Made by a program: the position numbers and the translations under genes. A stretch of 64,000 nt of DNA from Eledone cirrhosa (taxonomy: Eukaryota): assembly GCA_964016885.1 (NCBI GenBank), contig OZ024740.1, positions 233,306,001-233,370,000 of the forward strand, given 5' to 3'. Below, piece by piece: positions 1 through 14,147 of the stretch (its first letter is position 1; the number at the start of each line of letters is the position of its first letter). Below the pieces are notes generated by a model that ran no database searches, was not told the DNA's origin, and was given only the letters and a program-made list of their open reading frames with translations.

Positions 1-1410
1 TAAAGTGGATTTAGCTGCGATTCTTTATCGGTTAAACTACCATATACACGTTTCCTTGTTGGTTTGTATATCAGCAATTGTATAGAATTTGAATCCTTCA
101 AGTAAATAGAACTCAACTGATATGATGCGCAAATGGTGAGCCAAGTACGATACCACTCATTTATATAAATACGTTTTTTTTTAAGTCAAAAGAGGAAACT
201 TTAACTAAATCTCTTTCCAAATTCAGAATCCTTTAATTGTTACATATGAGGACCAGTCAAAAGTAACGAATCTATATAAATTTCTGAATTCAGGTGGAAC
301 TTTTCATTCATATATACGTAGCGGGAAAATGTGACAGTGGGAAGTTAAAAGCGTTCTTTAGAAAGATGTAGCATCTCATTTTAGAATAAGGAGTTCCACC
401 TAAATTTAGAAATTGACGTATTAATATAGATTCGTTACTTTTAACTGGTTCTCATGCGTAAAAAATACAGGGTTTTGAGTTTCATGCTTTTCGAAACAGA
501 TTTAGTTAACGTTTCCTCTTCGTTGGTCTTTCCGGCGTCTACAAAACTAACATTTCTCTCAAGGTTGCCTACTTGTAAGAGGGTGATATTTAATTACCAT
601 GTGGCATGGAAAGCAAATCTTTCAAATGAAGCGGATTAAATTAGTAAAGGTAACAAACACTGGAAATATTCATATCTCTTATTGAATAACACAAATAGGC
701 AGAACAGAGAACATTTAACACGGGAAATATGAGGTGAAAACTATTGCACAGCCTACGAAAAACTTCGCAGATATATGAACAAAGACATTCAATACGCAGA
801 TTTATAAGCAAAGATGTTCCACGCGTGGCAACTGCTCTTATTTGTTTAAATATAATGTATCTAAGACTTCATTACCTAAACGATGCTTTTCCTCTTTTAA
901 GACATTGGTTTGAGTTATTTTTATTATATTTATGCTGGAAGGGAAATTAAAGGAAGATCAAACAAACGAACAATTAAACAAATACAAGTAACACATTTTC
1001 TCTTTAAATGTCTTTATTTACGCATATTGGGATTAAAATAACTGTCATCTTATTCATCTGTTCAAACTTGCTCCAGACGTCGCATTGTGGAACCAGTTAG
1101 CTGTGACAAGACGTGTATGGCAGGTAGTATTTAAAGTACTGCAGCGGCCCTAACATTCAACCTGGAAACAAAGAAAATATCTGGCATGTTAGTTTATTAT
1201 AACCACACCAAGGATTTATTAGTGACAGTTACGTAGGTCAATTAGAAGTGCCTAAAAAGAAAAGAGTCCCAAAACTTCTTGAATTTACCTCGTATCGCTT
1301 CGCTCGATGAAGAAGGTGTAAGCGTTGCGCAATTCTGTATACCGGGTGCAACTTGCAGTCACAACTACACTTGTAGTGCCTTGAAACCTCTCTCTCTCTC
1401 TCCCTCTCTC

Positions 1411-1452
<42 letters not shown>

Positions 1453-1686
1453 TCTCTCTATATATATATAGAGAGAGAGAGAGAGTGAGAGAGAGAGAGA
1501 GAGAGAGAGACGTAACATTTATTACGCTAATTCTATATATATACACTAAGATATACACTATGAGACGACATTCGAGATGGACTTTGGCAGTTTCGATTCC
1601 TTCCAACGGAATTGCTGGTCCACCCGGGGTCAGAGCGGTTAACATAAGCCAAACGTTGTCCAGTGGAGTAAGAGACAAGAGACATA

Positions 1687-1907
<221 letters not shown>

Positions 1908-2004
1908 CGAACCACATCAAGATATTTGAACAAACTAAGTGCAGAAGGCCCAAATATAAAAATAAAATCAACAAACAAAAATACTGCCATCAGCAACACA
2001 GTCA

Positions 2005-2652
2005 TTCGACTGTTAGGGAGACCCAGGGAGAGCGCTTGGAGGCCAGAATATCTTTAAGCGCTTGCAGACTTCAGTCAATCGGGCACTGTGAACGGTATAA
2101 ACTCCACCTAGGCGTTCTATAAAAGATTAGTGATGGGTAAACGCTGGGCGTCGACGAAAGTCAAATAGCCATTATCTTCCGCAGGATTTTCAGTCCAGGA
2201 CCTACGGATAACTTCCAGAAATCCTTGGCCTGGCAGTGCTACCGGGGAGTGTTGCCGGTCCGAGATAAGCATGGAAATACCATCAGCCTGGCATGTCCTA
2301 GATGCGCGCAGGGCAACGAAACGGAGCGTCCGAGTATCGCTGGCTTGTGAGTTTATGGCGAACACATGCTGTCACGTGTTGGATAGATCGACCTGTCAAT
2401 TGAGTACATGGTCAAAATTGCTCCACCACCCTTCCTTAGCCAGGAAGGGCCGGCTGCTTTTATATATCTAGTGAAAGATCTCGGATGGTAGACGCGTCTG
2501 AAAGGCGCTGGAGACGAGCACTTTCCTCATCGGTGACACCCTGATTAATTTCGTCTTGTTTCACTTGAAGAGTAAAATAAAGGTGGTGAGGGAAATGCTG
2601 CATTCAAGGTAATTTGTTGAAAGGTTGGTCAAAGAGGCAAGAATGGTCCACA
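2005..2652 (+). mobile_element. Degenerate Tx1/L1-like LINE ORF2 3' fragment
   Basis: Homologous to 10093-10907 (GATAACTTCCAGAAATCCTTGGCCTGGCAGTGCTACCGGGAG...), with frameshifts. Confidence 0.75.
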
Positions 2653-2994
2653 TGTGTATATATGTATATATATGTGTGTTCGTGTATAAGGTTGCCCGGA
2701 AAGATCTGAGCGTTTTTTAGTAAGCATAATGATATACATATGTATATATATAATCCAAGTTTTTAAAATTCTTTTCCATCTACTCAAAGAATTGTCAGCC
2801 CTTCTTCCCATTCTTTCTACCCCACCTCCTACCTCACCCTTTCTCTTCTCTCTCACCCCCTTTAATCCACTACTAGATATCTACTCCTTAAATAATCCCC
2901 CACCCACAACCACCATCCCACACCGATTGGAAAGTATCAACAACTCTCCATGTCACTTGGCATTTCTGATGAAGCCATTTCCATATTTAATAAT

Positions 2995-3177
2995 TGTTTC
3001 TACTTTTGGCACAAGGCCAGCAATTACCCAGTGCATTACTGGTACTTTATTTTCTCGACCCCGTAAGGATGAAAGGCAAAGTTAACCTCGGCGGGATTTG
3101 AACTCAGATCGTAAAGGGACATAACTATGCTGGAAAGCATGTCTGACCCTCTACCAATACTGCCAATTCACCGACCC
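2995..3177 (-). mobile_element. tRNA-derived SINE (abundant family) with 17-bp TSD
   Basis: B-box GAGTTCAAATCCC on minus strand; TTTCCATATTTAATAAT at 2978-2994 and 3178-3194. Confidence 0.85.
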
Positions 3178-3194
3178 TTTCCATATTTAATAAT

Positions 3195-3251
<57 letters not shown>

Positions 3252-3599
3252 GTGTGTGTGTATGTGTATGTGTGTGTGTGTATGTGTGTGTGTGTGTGTA
3301 TGTGTGTGTGTATAACAGAGTGTTGTAGTTTGCTTGAAGCATTGTTGAATAGGAAACACAGATTTAAATAATTTTTAAAACCATAAAATGCAATAGAAAA
3401 TTAAAATTTCCAAGATAACAATAGAAGCTTACCTTAGCAAATTTAACGATCCCAAATATTTTCAGGTTTAAAAATCCATTATCAAGGGAGTATCCCTGTG
3501 GGAGACTTAAAAGATCGATTTGAGATGACTTGTTAGGAGGCAGATTTAACTTAAGTCTGTATTCCATATTGTATGTGAGTTTAGAAATACTTAGACACG

Positions 3600-4579
3600 C
3601 ATGACGTCAGCATCCTCTGCCCCACAAGGTCAGAAAGAGTCAGATCACACACCACTACATCATTGGTCATGAAGACCCACACAGAAAGATGGAGCGGGTG
3701 GACCAGTGCCATACGGACCCCCCAAAACCATGATGAATTAAAGACAATGATCGCACATGCGGTGGGGGCGAGTATAAGCCTAACCCTTAAGGAACATATT
3801 TTCCAATTCAATGGCAAAACATATTCCCAAGAGGAGCGTGCAGCCATTGGCGTTAGCATTGCAGGTGACATAGCTAACCTCTTTATGGTATGGTGGGACA
3901 GAAAACTTAAGGAACAATTAGACGACAATTTTATAACCCTGACTATGAACTGCCGCTACGTAGATGACATAAATATCGTAGTAAAAACACGGGAGAACAG
4001 TCAGGAATTAGAGAAGAACAAAATGGAAAGCATCCAGCAAATAGATAACTCTATCCACCAGATTATTAAATTTACAATAGACTAAACAACTAAACACCCT
4101 AACCATAGATTACCCGTACTAGACACAGAACTCTGCTTGGAAACTATTAGTAATAGAACGCAAATCCTCTAATCTCATTATGCCAAACCCATGAACTCAG
4201 CTGTTTCGGATCACATAAAAATGAACATACTGATTGTGGATTTAGTAAGAGTGGTGAGTAACGTGTCCCGCATGTGTAACCCCAACGAATTAGAGAGACA
4301 CATAAAACACTTCATCCACCGCATGCAGTTCTCTGGCAACAATCAGAAAGATAAAATCAAGGTATATAAAGGAGCCAGGACCAAATGGGCTTTAACAATA
4401 TATGAACAACCTTCCGGTTATCGAACCAACCACCCAACCGGAAACTTATAAAAATTGAAGTTATACAACAGGTGCGTATGTTTTTATTGGCAGCATGACC
4501 CTCCCAGAGTATAACAATATCTGTTTCAACACACGTTTTCAGATAAGAAATCCCGCAAGACAAATTCAAAAACGAATTA

Positions 4580-4580
<1 letters not shown>
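3600..4580 (+). mobile_element. Naiad-like PLE remnant: RT/thumb fragment joined to terminal repeat, ending at (TA)n
   Basis: HIFQFNGKTYSQ..AIGVSIAGDIANLFMVWWD..CRYVDDI, LPVLDT, RMQFSG; TAA stops; 4390-4580 matches the terminal repeat at 58938-59100 and 44020-44150. Confidence 0.8.
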
Positions 4581-4654
<74 letters not shown>

Positions 4655-4820
4655 TGGTTTCGTCAGAGTTTCCTTCAGAGTTTCCTTTACTCGAATTCCT
4701 TTCGTAAGTTATAGTCTAAAATGAAGCTACAGTTCTTTCACTGAAATTATATACTAGATCACGTAGTTGCGGAGCGAACGTCTTAACTACACAGGCATAC
4801 CCTTATATATATATATATAT

Positions 4821-4928
<108 letters not shown>

Positions 4929-5353
4929 GGGGGGTAGAGAGAGATTCATATGTCAGCCAACCAATATGTATACGAAAGTATGATATCCACATTTTACAAG
5001 CTCTTTACAGAAACTAATACTTAATTTTGGTGTAAATGGTCTGCTTATATGGAATTCTTGAATCGTGATAAGGTCAATGTATGTGAAGAGATGGTGAGAG
5101 GTGATATAAGACAACCATTGTTTTATTATACGTATTGGTTGAGAGATCTCTCTCGAAGAAACTCCCAAAATAACATTGCTTGTTTAGATAGTAAAATAGT
5201 AACAATCTTTAAATTTCGTCGCTTATTGAAAATACACATCGCCGGTGGTTGATATTTTGAAATGCGTCATACACAGACACACGCACACACAGGCAAACAC
5301 TCACTCACTCTCTCTCACACACACACACACCCTCTCTCTCACACACACACACA

Positions 5354-5387
<34 letters not shown>

Positions 5388-5475
5388 TATGTATATATAT
5401 ATATATATATATTTACAAGAGATGTCAACATCAATGTAGATACATATATGTACACACACAAACACACACTCATAT

Positions 5476-5584
<109 letters not shown>

Positions 5585-5625
5585 TATACATATACATATA
5601 TATATACATATATATACATATACAT

Positions 5626-5725
<100 letters not shown>

Positions 5726-5736
5726 GTATATATATT

Positions 5737-5794
<58 letters not shown>

Positions 5795-5860
5795 TGTGTG
5801 TTTGTGTGTGTACATATATGTATATACATTGATGTTGACATCTCTTGTAAATATATATAT

Positions 5861-6316
5861 AAATAAATTATACCATTATCAAAGTTGTGTTCAAATCATT
5901 TAATAGCTGACAATCGTTTCTTCCAAACTCTTGTTTGAAGTCATCGGAGCATTATCAATGTTTGCACATATAATTACCCTCCTATTCAACTGAACAATGT
6001 TTTAACTGTTGCATGTATCCCACTCTGTGCTTTTGATTTTAATTTTAATTTTGATTTGAATTTGAACTTGAATATTTGTACAATTATTGTACAATTCTCG
6101 TAAAATATATGTCACATCCATTCCACCCTGTAAATACGAAACTGTTGCTCACAACATCAATTTATGTGTATCTATATTATTGTTCAGTTGAATAGGAGGG
6201 TAATTTTATGTGCAAACATTGATAATGCTCCGATGATTCCAAACGAGAGTTTGGAAGAAACGATTGTCAGGTATTAAGTGATTTGAACACAACTTTGATA
6301 ACGGTATAATTTATTT
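5861..6316. repeat. Fold-back element: ~138-bp imperfect inverted repeats with ~180-bp spacer
   Basis: 5861-5998 is the reverse complement of 6179-6316; abuts (TA)n. Confidence 0.9.
6227..6271 (+). ncRNA. Minimal type I HHR motif (U4C variant)
   Basis: GCT CCGATGA TTCCAAAC-GAGA-GTTTGGAA GAAA C-GATT-G TC AGG (AGC in the mirror arm). Confidence 0.55.
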
Positions 6317-6893
6317 ATTTAACTGCTCTGTAAAACAACTGATGTTCATACATTGATCTATTTCTCTTACTGGTAATAAGGTAATTAAGAAATTACTGAC
6401 CTTTCTGTTTTTAGTTGTTTATACTATATACATAACTATAAATAGTATTATATATATATATATATATATGTATATGTATATTTGAAAGGTTACACTGCTA
6501 TATCTAGTTGGCGTGAACCCTGACACGTCACAGCAGTCGATGACCGCGTTCGTTGGTTTTTTGATAATACAATGTGATTCTCTCGTCGTCTTTAATTCTG
6601 TATTTTAACGTGTGTAAATTTAGATAGATAGATTCCCTCACTGAAGATCCAGATCGATTATCTAACTGCACCGATATTTGGTGAAATGTATTCATGATTT
6701 GTGAAGGATACATATGTGGTAAATATATATGATTTTTATCAGTAATCTTTACTTTAAATTTTTGTTAAATTTTAATATAACACTGTAACGAACTATGTAT
6801 TCTTACATTCTATACAGATTGTCTCTTGTTAAAGTTTGATATGTCCTATTATACATTTATATCATTAGATATTTATGTGTATATATATATATA

Positions 6894-7264
6894 TATAAAG
6901 AAAAAGAGATGAAATCGAAAATGCAACTGGAGTCTTATTTTTTTTTAAAATATATATATTTATTTGGTTCCTTTACCGGTCTCGCAGTTCTTCTGCTTTT
7001 CAAAAGGTGAGTTGAGATGGAGGGTCTGTGGTTTTTCTCACATCTGTGGTTTTTCTCAGATGTGAGAAAAACCACAGACCCTCCATCTCAACTCACCTTT
7101 TGAAAATCAGAAGAACTGCGAAACCGGTAAAGGAACCAAATAAATATATATATTTTAAAAAAAAATAAGACTCCAGTTGCATTTTCGATTTCATCTCTTT
7201 TTCTTTATACTTTCACTCGTGTAGGACACCTCGGTTATTTTTCATTTTGTAAAAAAAACCTCAC

Positions 7265-7272
<8 letters not shown>
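6894..7272. repeat. (TA)n-flanked fold-back pLTR-like element, ~153-bp arms
   Basis: 6894-7046 vs 7057-7209 near-perfect inverted repeat with single-arm extension to 7272; related copies at ~8945-9120 and ~9277-9403. Confidence 0.92.
7096..7133 (+). ncRNA. Minimal type I HHR with U3:A8 core variant
   Basis: CCTT TTGAAAA (G/T)CAG-AAGAA-CTGC GAAA C-CG-G TA AAGG (consensus of both arms). Confidence 0.6.
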
Positions 7273-7301
<29 letters not shown>

Positions 7302-7434
7302 TATATGTCATCCACTATTTTGTAAGGATTAAATGCTCGGATTTATTCTTTGAATTTCTTCTTTGAACTTATTTTGGGATACAGGACACATGTTCGAGAT
7401 TATCTCAAACATGACATCTATAACTTTGAATATA

Positions 7435-7474
<40 letters not shown>

Positions 7475-7539
7475 TATGGAATACTGCTGGCTTTTGCTAC
7501 AATGTCTTCTATACCTTTCATTTATATATATATACTATA

Positions 7540-7762
<223 letters not shown>

Positions 7763-8604
7763 CTTTGTCTGTCTGTTTCCTATGGCTCGACCAAATCAAA
7801 TTTTACAAGGTAATAGTATTAGATACCAGGAGTATCAACATGTAATTTTTATTTTCATTTGGTTATAATAATCTTTCTATAGTCAACTATAGTAAAGGAC
7901 AATTTTTTACCACCACCACCACGACAACGACGTCACATTTTGTATATGAATGTGTATGTGTTTGTGAGTGTGTGTGTGTGTTTGCGAGTTCGTTATATAC
8001 GTTAGGCCTCAGAGAATACATCACACACACACACATCTACAAATACATATAGCCTTAGTAAGTTGCATACACATTATCTTCACACACACAGAATCAAACA
8101 CACACACACTCGCAGAAATTTTCCGTTTTCAATATATACAGCGATCTACAATGTTCTTGCCGTTGTTGCATAGCCCCTGGTCTGATTCGGAGGGATATTA
8201 TGAACAACATTCCAGTAGTGACCATTCCTGCATGCTTTACACATTGAGTTCATAGGCTACCTATGAAGAAGCGATGTTAAAGCTGTGAAATATTGCATGC
8301 ATTAATTTCACCACTTCTTATTAATAAATGCATTGTTTCTTTCCAGGGACTATATTGAAAAATATACCACATTTGGTCAGTCCATCTTGGTCATCCTATG
8401 AACTTTTCAACCTTTCAGACGCGACTAGTACGGGTTTGCTTTACCTGCTAGAGATCAAATTGAATCATGTAGTATTAGATACATGTTATCTGAAATACGT
8501 AATGTTTATTGTTGAAAATCTTTTGCTGAAAAATCAAATCTATTAAATTGAGGCCAACATGGTGTTAGACAGAACAAAAGAAAAACACAATATAACACCA
8601 AAAG

Positions 8605-8835
8605 TAGTTGCTGAGGAGGTCACCGAATGTGTGACGAAAGAGTTTTGATGACAATAACTAAACAACTATCCGGTTATTAAACTAAACGATTGGAAAATTA
8701 TAATAATAAATTGAATTGAAATCCATAAGGTGCATGCGTTTTTATTGGCAACATAACGCTACCAAAGGATAACAATATATATTTAAACTTACGTTTTCAT
8801 ATAAATAATCTTTCAAAACAAATACAAAAACGAAG
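8605..8835 (+). mobile_element. Naiad-like PLE terminal repeat with decayed HHR
   Basis: CTGAGGA GGTCA-CCGAATGTG-TGAC GAAAG AG TTT; downstream sequence matches 4410-4580. Confidence 0.7.
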
Positions 8836-9142
8836 CATTATGATCATCATTATGATTTTTATTATAACATCATCATCATATTTATAATAAAGCCACTTTT
8901 TTTGATAAAACAGAAAGAACTTTCGAACACGATGCGAGACAATCCATAACAGAAACAAAATCCCATCTCAAGTTTACTTTTGAAAATCATAAGAACTGTG
9001 AAGCCGATAAAGTGAATAAATGAATATTCTTAAAAGACTCCAGTTGCATTCTAAATTTCTTTTCCTTATAATTTCACCTGTGCGAAAGATCTATTAAAAA
9101 AAAAACAACTAATTTTCTTATATATATATATAAAACTCGGAT

Positions 9143-9281
<139 letters not shown>

Positions 9282-9396
9282 AAAAATAGATGAAACAATA
9301 AGACTCCAGTTGCATTATCGATTTCATTTTTTTTTTCTTTATACTTTCACTCGTGTAGGACACCTTGGTTATTATTCATTTTGTAAAAAAAGTCAC

Positions 9397-9501
<105 letters not shown>

Positions 9502-9723
9502 CAGCCTCTTTTATGGCAAAGCCGGCCATTATTCGCTCGTATATGTGAAACTGATTGGCCTCTCTGCTGATATGCAAATCTGGCCGATAGGTGGGTCTGC
9601 TAATGTGCAGATTTGACTGATCAGCCAGTCTGCTAATATACAAATCAGGCCGATCAGTCATTGTATATTTAAAGAGTATATCATATATTTTCACTAACTC
9701 TGACAGTTGGCAGATAAGCAGTA

Positions 9724-9772
9724 AACTGCACTGATGAAGCGTAATCACCCAGAAACATTTCTGTCTGCAGTT
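9724..9772 (+). ncRNA. Type I HHR
   Basis: Stem I AACTGCA/TGCAGTT, CTGATGA, weak stem II, GAAA CA-TTTC-TG TC (GUC cleavage triplet). Confidence 0.7.
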
Positions 9773-9884
9773 CTCTATGCATGCCAATACAAGAGCGAGA
9801 ATTCTACTGTCATGGCTTATAAAAGAGGCTGTTTGCATAATTGAAAACGAATCGAATATTATTATTAATATTCAAAAAACTCGG

Positions 9885-9952
<68 letters not shown>

Positions 9953-10092
9953 TATATATATATATAAGAAAATTAGAGTCCAGAAATAGCCGTCGAAACG
10001 GCTTGAGTATGCCGTCGGTGTCTTGCACATTTTCATATATATATATTATGCTTTGAGTCTCAGTCATTGGTGTTATTTAACAGGAAAGCTGC

Positions 10093-10905
10093 TTGCTCTC
10101 TTCCGGAGAACTTTCAACCCGGGGCCTATGGATAACTTCCAAAAATCCCTGGCCTGGCAGTGCTACCGGTGAGTGCTGCCGGTTCGAGATAAGCTCTACA
10201 GGCACGGAAGTGCCGTCAGCCGAGCCTGTCCGAGATGCGCGCATAGCGACGAAACCGTTGTGCACGCATTCGTTCAGTGCCCTAGCATTGCTGACTTGTG
10301 GAGCTATGTCGAACAGCTGCTGTCACGTATGGGACTGATCCGGTTGTCGACTGAGTCCATTGTGCAGATGGTCTCGCCGTCTTCCTTTGAGGAGGAAGGG
10401 CAGGCGGTTTTCATCTGCCTGGTGGCCATAGCGAAAGAGATTGTGTGGTGGACAAGGTTAAAAGGATTAAAGACAAACACTTTCCTCTTCGGCGAATCCC
10501 TGATTAACTTTTTCAAGTTTCACTTGAAGAGGAAAATCAGGGTGGAGAGGCAAGTGCTGCTTTCTAGCAAGTTTGTTGAAAGGTGGGTGAATGTAGCGAG
10601 AATGGTCCGAGTGAACGGGACCACTCTGAATATACGTCTGTAGTTTGAGAGATGGAAAAATTGAGAGAGGGCGCCGTGGTCTTTTGTGTGGTTTTCGCCA
10701 CGAGTAACCTTCGGAGGTTTCCCCCTATTGGGGAATTTTTAATTGTTTAAATTTTCAGTTTATTGTTTATATACATATATGTTTTGTCTTTTTTCTTTTC
10801 TTATATAAATAATAAAAATATTTGCACGCAATAAACCCACATCGTACCATCCTGTTCCGTCTGTGATGTTTTTCTTGATGTCAGCCCTTGTGGCCAATAA
10901 AGAAA

Positions 10906-10907
<2 letters not shown>
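10093..10907 (+). mobile_element. 5'-truncated Tx1/L1-like LINE (ORF2 C-terminal zinc-binding region, 3'UTR, (TTA)n tail)
   Basis: LPVRDKLYRHG..CPRC..ETVVHAFVQC (zf-RVT-like); 3' end GCCCTTGTGGCCAATAAAGAAATC(ATT)n shared with other copies. Confidence 0.85.
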
Positions 10908-10946
<39 letters not shown>

Positions 10947-10950
10947 GTTT

Positions 10951-12697
10951 TTTGAGTCTCAGTCATTGATGTTATTTAACTGGAAAGTTTGTTGAAATGA
11001 ATATCAAGCCACTACCTGCAGCCTCAGATATTCAGGACGTATCGGAGGGTTCTTGCTGTTCCCAGCAAGCATGCCTTTTGAAGTGTTCCAAAAAGCGGGG
11101 CGGAACCAATTTTCTTTAACCATCTTTGGAAACTCTTTGAGATAGTACCTAGTGTGCCTATGACAATCGGGACCACTTTGACCTCATAGCAGTTCCAAAT
11201 CCTTTTTACCTCCCACTTTAAGTCCTGTATCGGTTAATTTTCTACCTCTCCTTCTCTTGCACTCTCGTGACGAATGGGCAGGCTACATCCACAATCAGGC
11301 TCGATCTTTTTCCCTTGTCCAAAACCACCAGGTCAGGTCTATTGTGTTCCACTTTCTTGTCCGTCTGTATCCTAAAACCCCACATCACCTTCACCTGATC
11401 GTTTTCCATCACCGACTCTGGCTTATGCTCATACCACTTCTCAGAATGTCGTAAATTGTTTACTTTGCATAGGTGCCAGTGGATCACCCTGCCCATCACA
11501 TCATGTCTCCAGCCTTTATAGTGAGTCTGGGCTAGGTGTTTACACTCGGATACAGTGTGAGCCACAGTCTCCTCTCTCTCTCTCCACAAATCCTACACAG
11601 TGGGCTAGCCTCCTCCTTGTAAATATGGTGTTTCAGCCACTTCGTTTTGAGGGCCTGCTCTTGCGCAGCCATTAGCATTCCTTCTGTAGCCTTTTTAAGG
11701 TCTCCTCTTTTCAACCAGTTCCATGTCTGTGGATCTCTAAATTCAGTTTTCTCAAAGAAGGTATTATGAAGGGATTTTTCATGAAGTTTGCTCTTTCTTC
11801 TCGTTGTTATTTCCTCCTTGGACATCCCCTGGTCTATTGTCCTCTCCTTCAGTACAATTCTGAGCATTGGCTCCCTACTGTCAGACACCTATTTGTGTAG
11901 GTTGTTTTTCTCCATCTGAACACAGTCTTCTATGCTGATAAGACCTCTTCCACCTTCAGATCTCCTTAAGTAGAGTCTATCGACATCACTCCTCTTGTGG
12001 AACATGTTGTAGATAGTCAATAGCTTCCTAGTCTTCCTATCCATTTCTTTTTGTTCAGCAACATTCCATCTCAGAATTCCAGCACTGTACCTAATAATTG
12101 ACACAGCTCGGGAATTTACTGCACTAATGGCATTCCTACTGTTCAGATGTGACTTTAATACGCTCCTTACTCTCCGAATGTATTCAGATCTTATCAATTC
12201 CTTAATTTTTTTGTTCTTGATGTCATCAGCCTCCAGAACACCTAAATATTTGTATCCCCCTTCAGTATCAATTTCCTTTATCATCTCACCTGTTGGTACC
12301 TGGATTCCATTGCTTCTGCTCAATTTACCCCCACTTCATCACAAGGACTCCACACTTACTAATACCAAATTGCATACATATATCATTGCTGAAAATACGG
12401 ACAGTGTCAACAAGCACATCCAACTCCTTCTCACTCTTCCCGAAGAGCTTAAGATCGTCCATGAAGAGAAGGTGATTGATGGTAAGCTCTCCTTTTCCCA
12501 ACTTGTATCCTGCTCTCACCATTCGCAGTATAATGGTCAGGGGGATCAGGGCAAGGACAAACAACAGAGGGGACAAACTATCTCCCTGGAAGATACCTCT
12601 CTTGATCTTCACGCATCCCAAGGATTCTCCGCCAGATGTTAACTCTGTTTTCCAGGACTTCCTACTTTTGCTCAACAACTGTCTGATGTTATCTGCC
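10951..12697 (-). mobile_element. R4/Dong-like non-LTR retrotransposon, 5'-truncated and frameshifted (RT, CCHC knuckle, RLE endonuclease)
   Basis: GIFQGDSLSPLLF, NHLLFMDDLKLF, YKYLG, CRICG..ETVAH..SEC, RPDLVVLD..IVDVACP, LQKACLLGTAR; bounded by (TAA)n. Confidence 0.9.
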
Positions 12698-12774
<77 letters not shown>

Positions 12775-12786
12775 GTTATTGTTCTT

Positions 12787-13018
12787 TGATCTCAGTCATT
12801 GATGTTAGTTAACTGGAAAGTTTGTTGAAATGAATATCAAGCCACTACCTGCAGCCTCAGATATTCAGGACGTATCGGAAGGTTCTTGCTGTTCCCAACA
12901 AGCATGCCTTTTGAAGTGTTTCAAAAAGCGGGGCGGGGCCAATTTTTTTTAACCATCCCTGGAAACTTTTTGAGATAGTACCTAGTGCGCCTATGACAAT
13001 CGGGACCACTTTGACTTC
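12787..13018 (-). mobile_element. Short R4/Dong-like 3' fragment
   Basis: EVKVVPIVIGALG..LQKACLLGTARTFRYVLNI*, near-identical to 10951-11185; flanked by (TTA)n. Confidence 0.88.
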
Positions 13019-13037
13019 ATTATTATTATTATTATTA

Positions 13038-13867
13038 GAACTGACCAGCCTGTACCGGAGAACTTCTGAGCCGGGGACGATGGACAATTTCCAGAAAGCC
13101 ATCGCTTGGCAGTGCTACCGGGAGGAACTGCCGGTTCGGGATAAACTCTACAGGCACGGAAGTGCTGTCAGACAGATCTGCCCAAGATGCGCACAGAACG
13201 ACGAAACTGGTCTGCACGCACTTGTCCAATGTCCGTGCATTACTGACTTGTGGAGTTATGTCGAACAGCTACTGTCGCGTGTGGAACGAATCCGGCTATC
13301 GGCCGAGCCCATAGTGAAGATCGAGCCGCCACCTTCCTTAGGTCAGGAAGAGCAGGACATTTTCCTGTCAGGTGGTAGTTGCGAAACAGGTTATATGGTG
13401 GACCAGGTTGAAAGGAGTAAAGACAGACACTTTTCTCTTCGGCCAATCCGACTTCTTCAAGTTTCACCTGGAAAGGTGGGTGAGGGTGGAGAGAGAAGTG
13501 CTGCCCCCCAGTACATTCGCTAAAAGGTGGGTGAATGTGGCGAGAATGGCTCGTGTGAATGGACCTACTCTGACCATGCGCCTATAGGCTAGCTAACTTG
13601 AGGAGAGGGGTGCTCTCCCTGGGTGCCCTAGAAGCGCAGGGTGGTTCAGGATTGGTGGGGTACCCGAATCACCCCAGGGTCGTCCACCCCCTATCGGGGA
13701 ATTTATTTTGTTATATTTATGCATAGTTTATTTTATATTTTTATATTTTCATTGTTAAATTAGTCTTGCCATTGTACACTTTTACTCGACCTTATTGTAA
13801 ACCCCCACTGTCCCTGTCTTTGTATTGTCCCCTACATGTCGGCCCTTGTGGCTAATAAATGAAATCC
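13038..13867 (+). mobile_element. 5'-truncated Tx1/L1-like LINE
   Basis: DNFQKAIAWQCYREELPVRDKL..CPRC..H..C; same 3' terminus and (TTA)n tail as 10093-10907. Confidence 0.85.
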
Positions 13868-14062
13868 TTATTATTATTATTATTATTATTATTAATAATA
13901 ATAATAAAATTAGACGGTATAACGCGAGCTCGGTGGTTTCGGCTAGTTCCTAAAACCCCAGAGTTCGCAGTCCGTTCTCTATTTTTCACATATACCCACT
14001 CTACGTCATACCATGTATCACGTACTTCTTTGATTTGTGGTCTTCCCAGTCCCCGTATCGCT

Positions 14063-14147
<85 letters not shown>

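Noticed and set aside
3663-4451. Selenocysteine recoding in Naiad-like fragments
   Set aside because: Interrupting stops are TAA, and there is no in-frame TGA at Cys positions in 42902-43456
6638-6698. HHR-like CTGAAGA...GAAATGTATTCATGA
   Set aside because: Stem I is plausible but the stem III and NUH positions are broken; too decayed to call
8110-8447. Possible minus-strand exon
   Set aside because: Non-repetitive, but no recognisable protein and only weak splice signals
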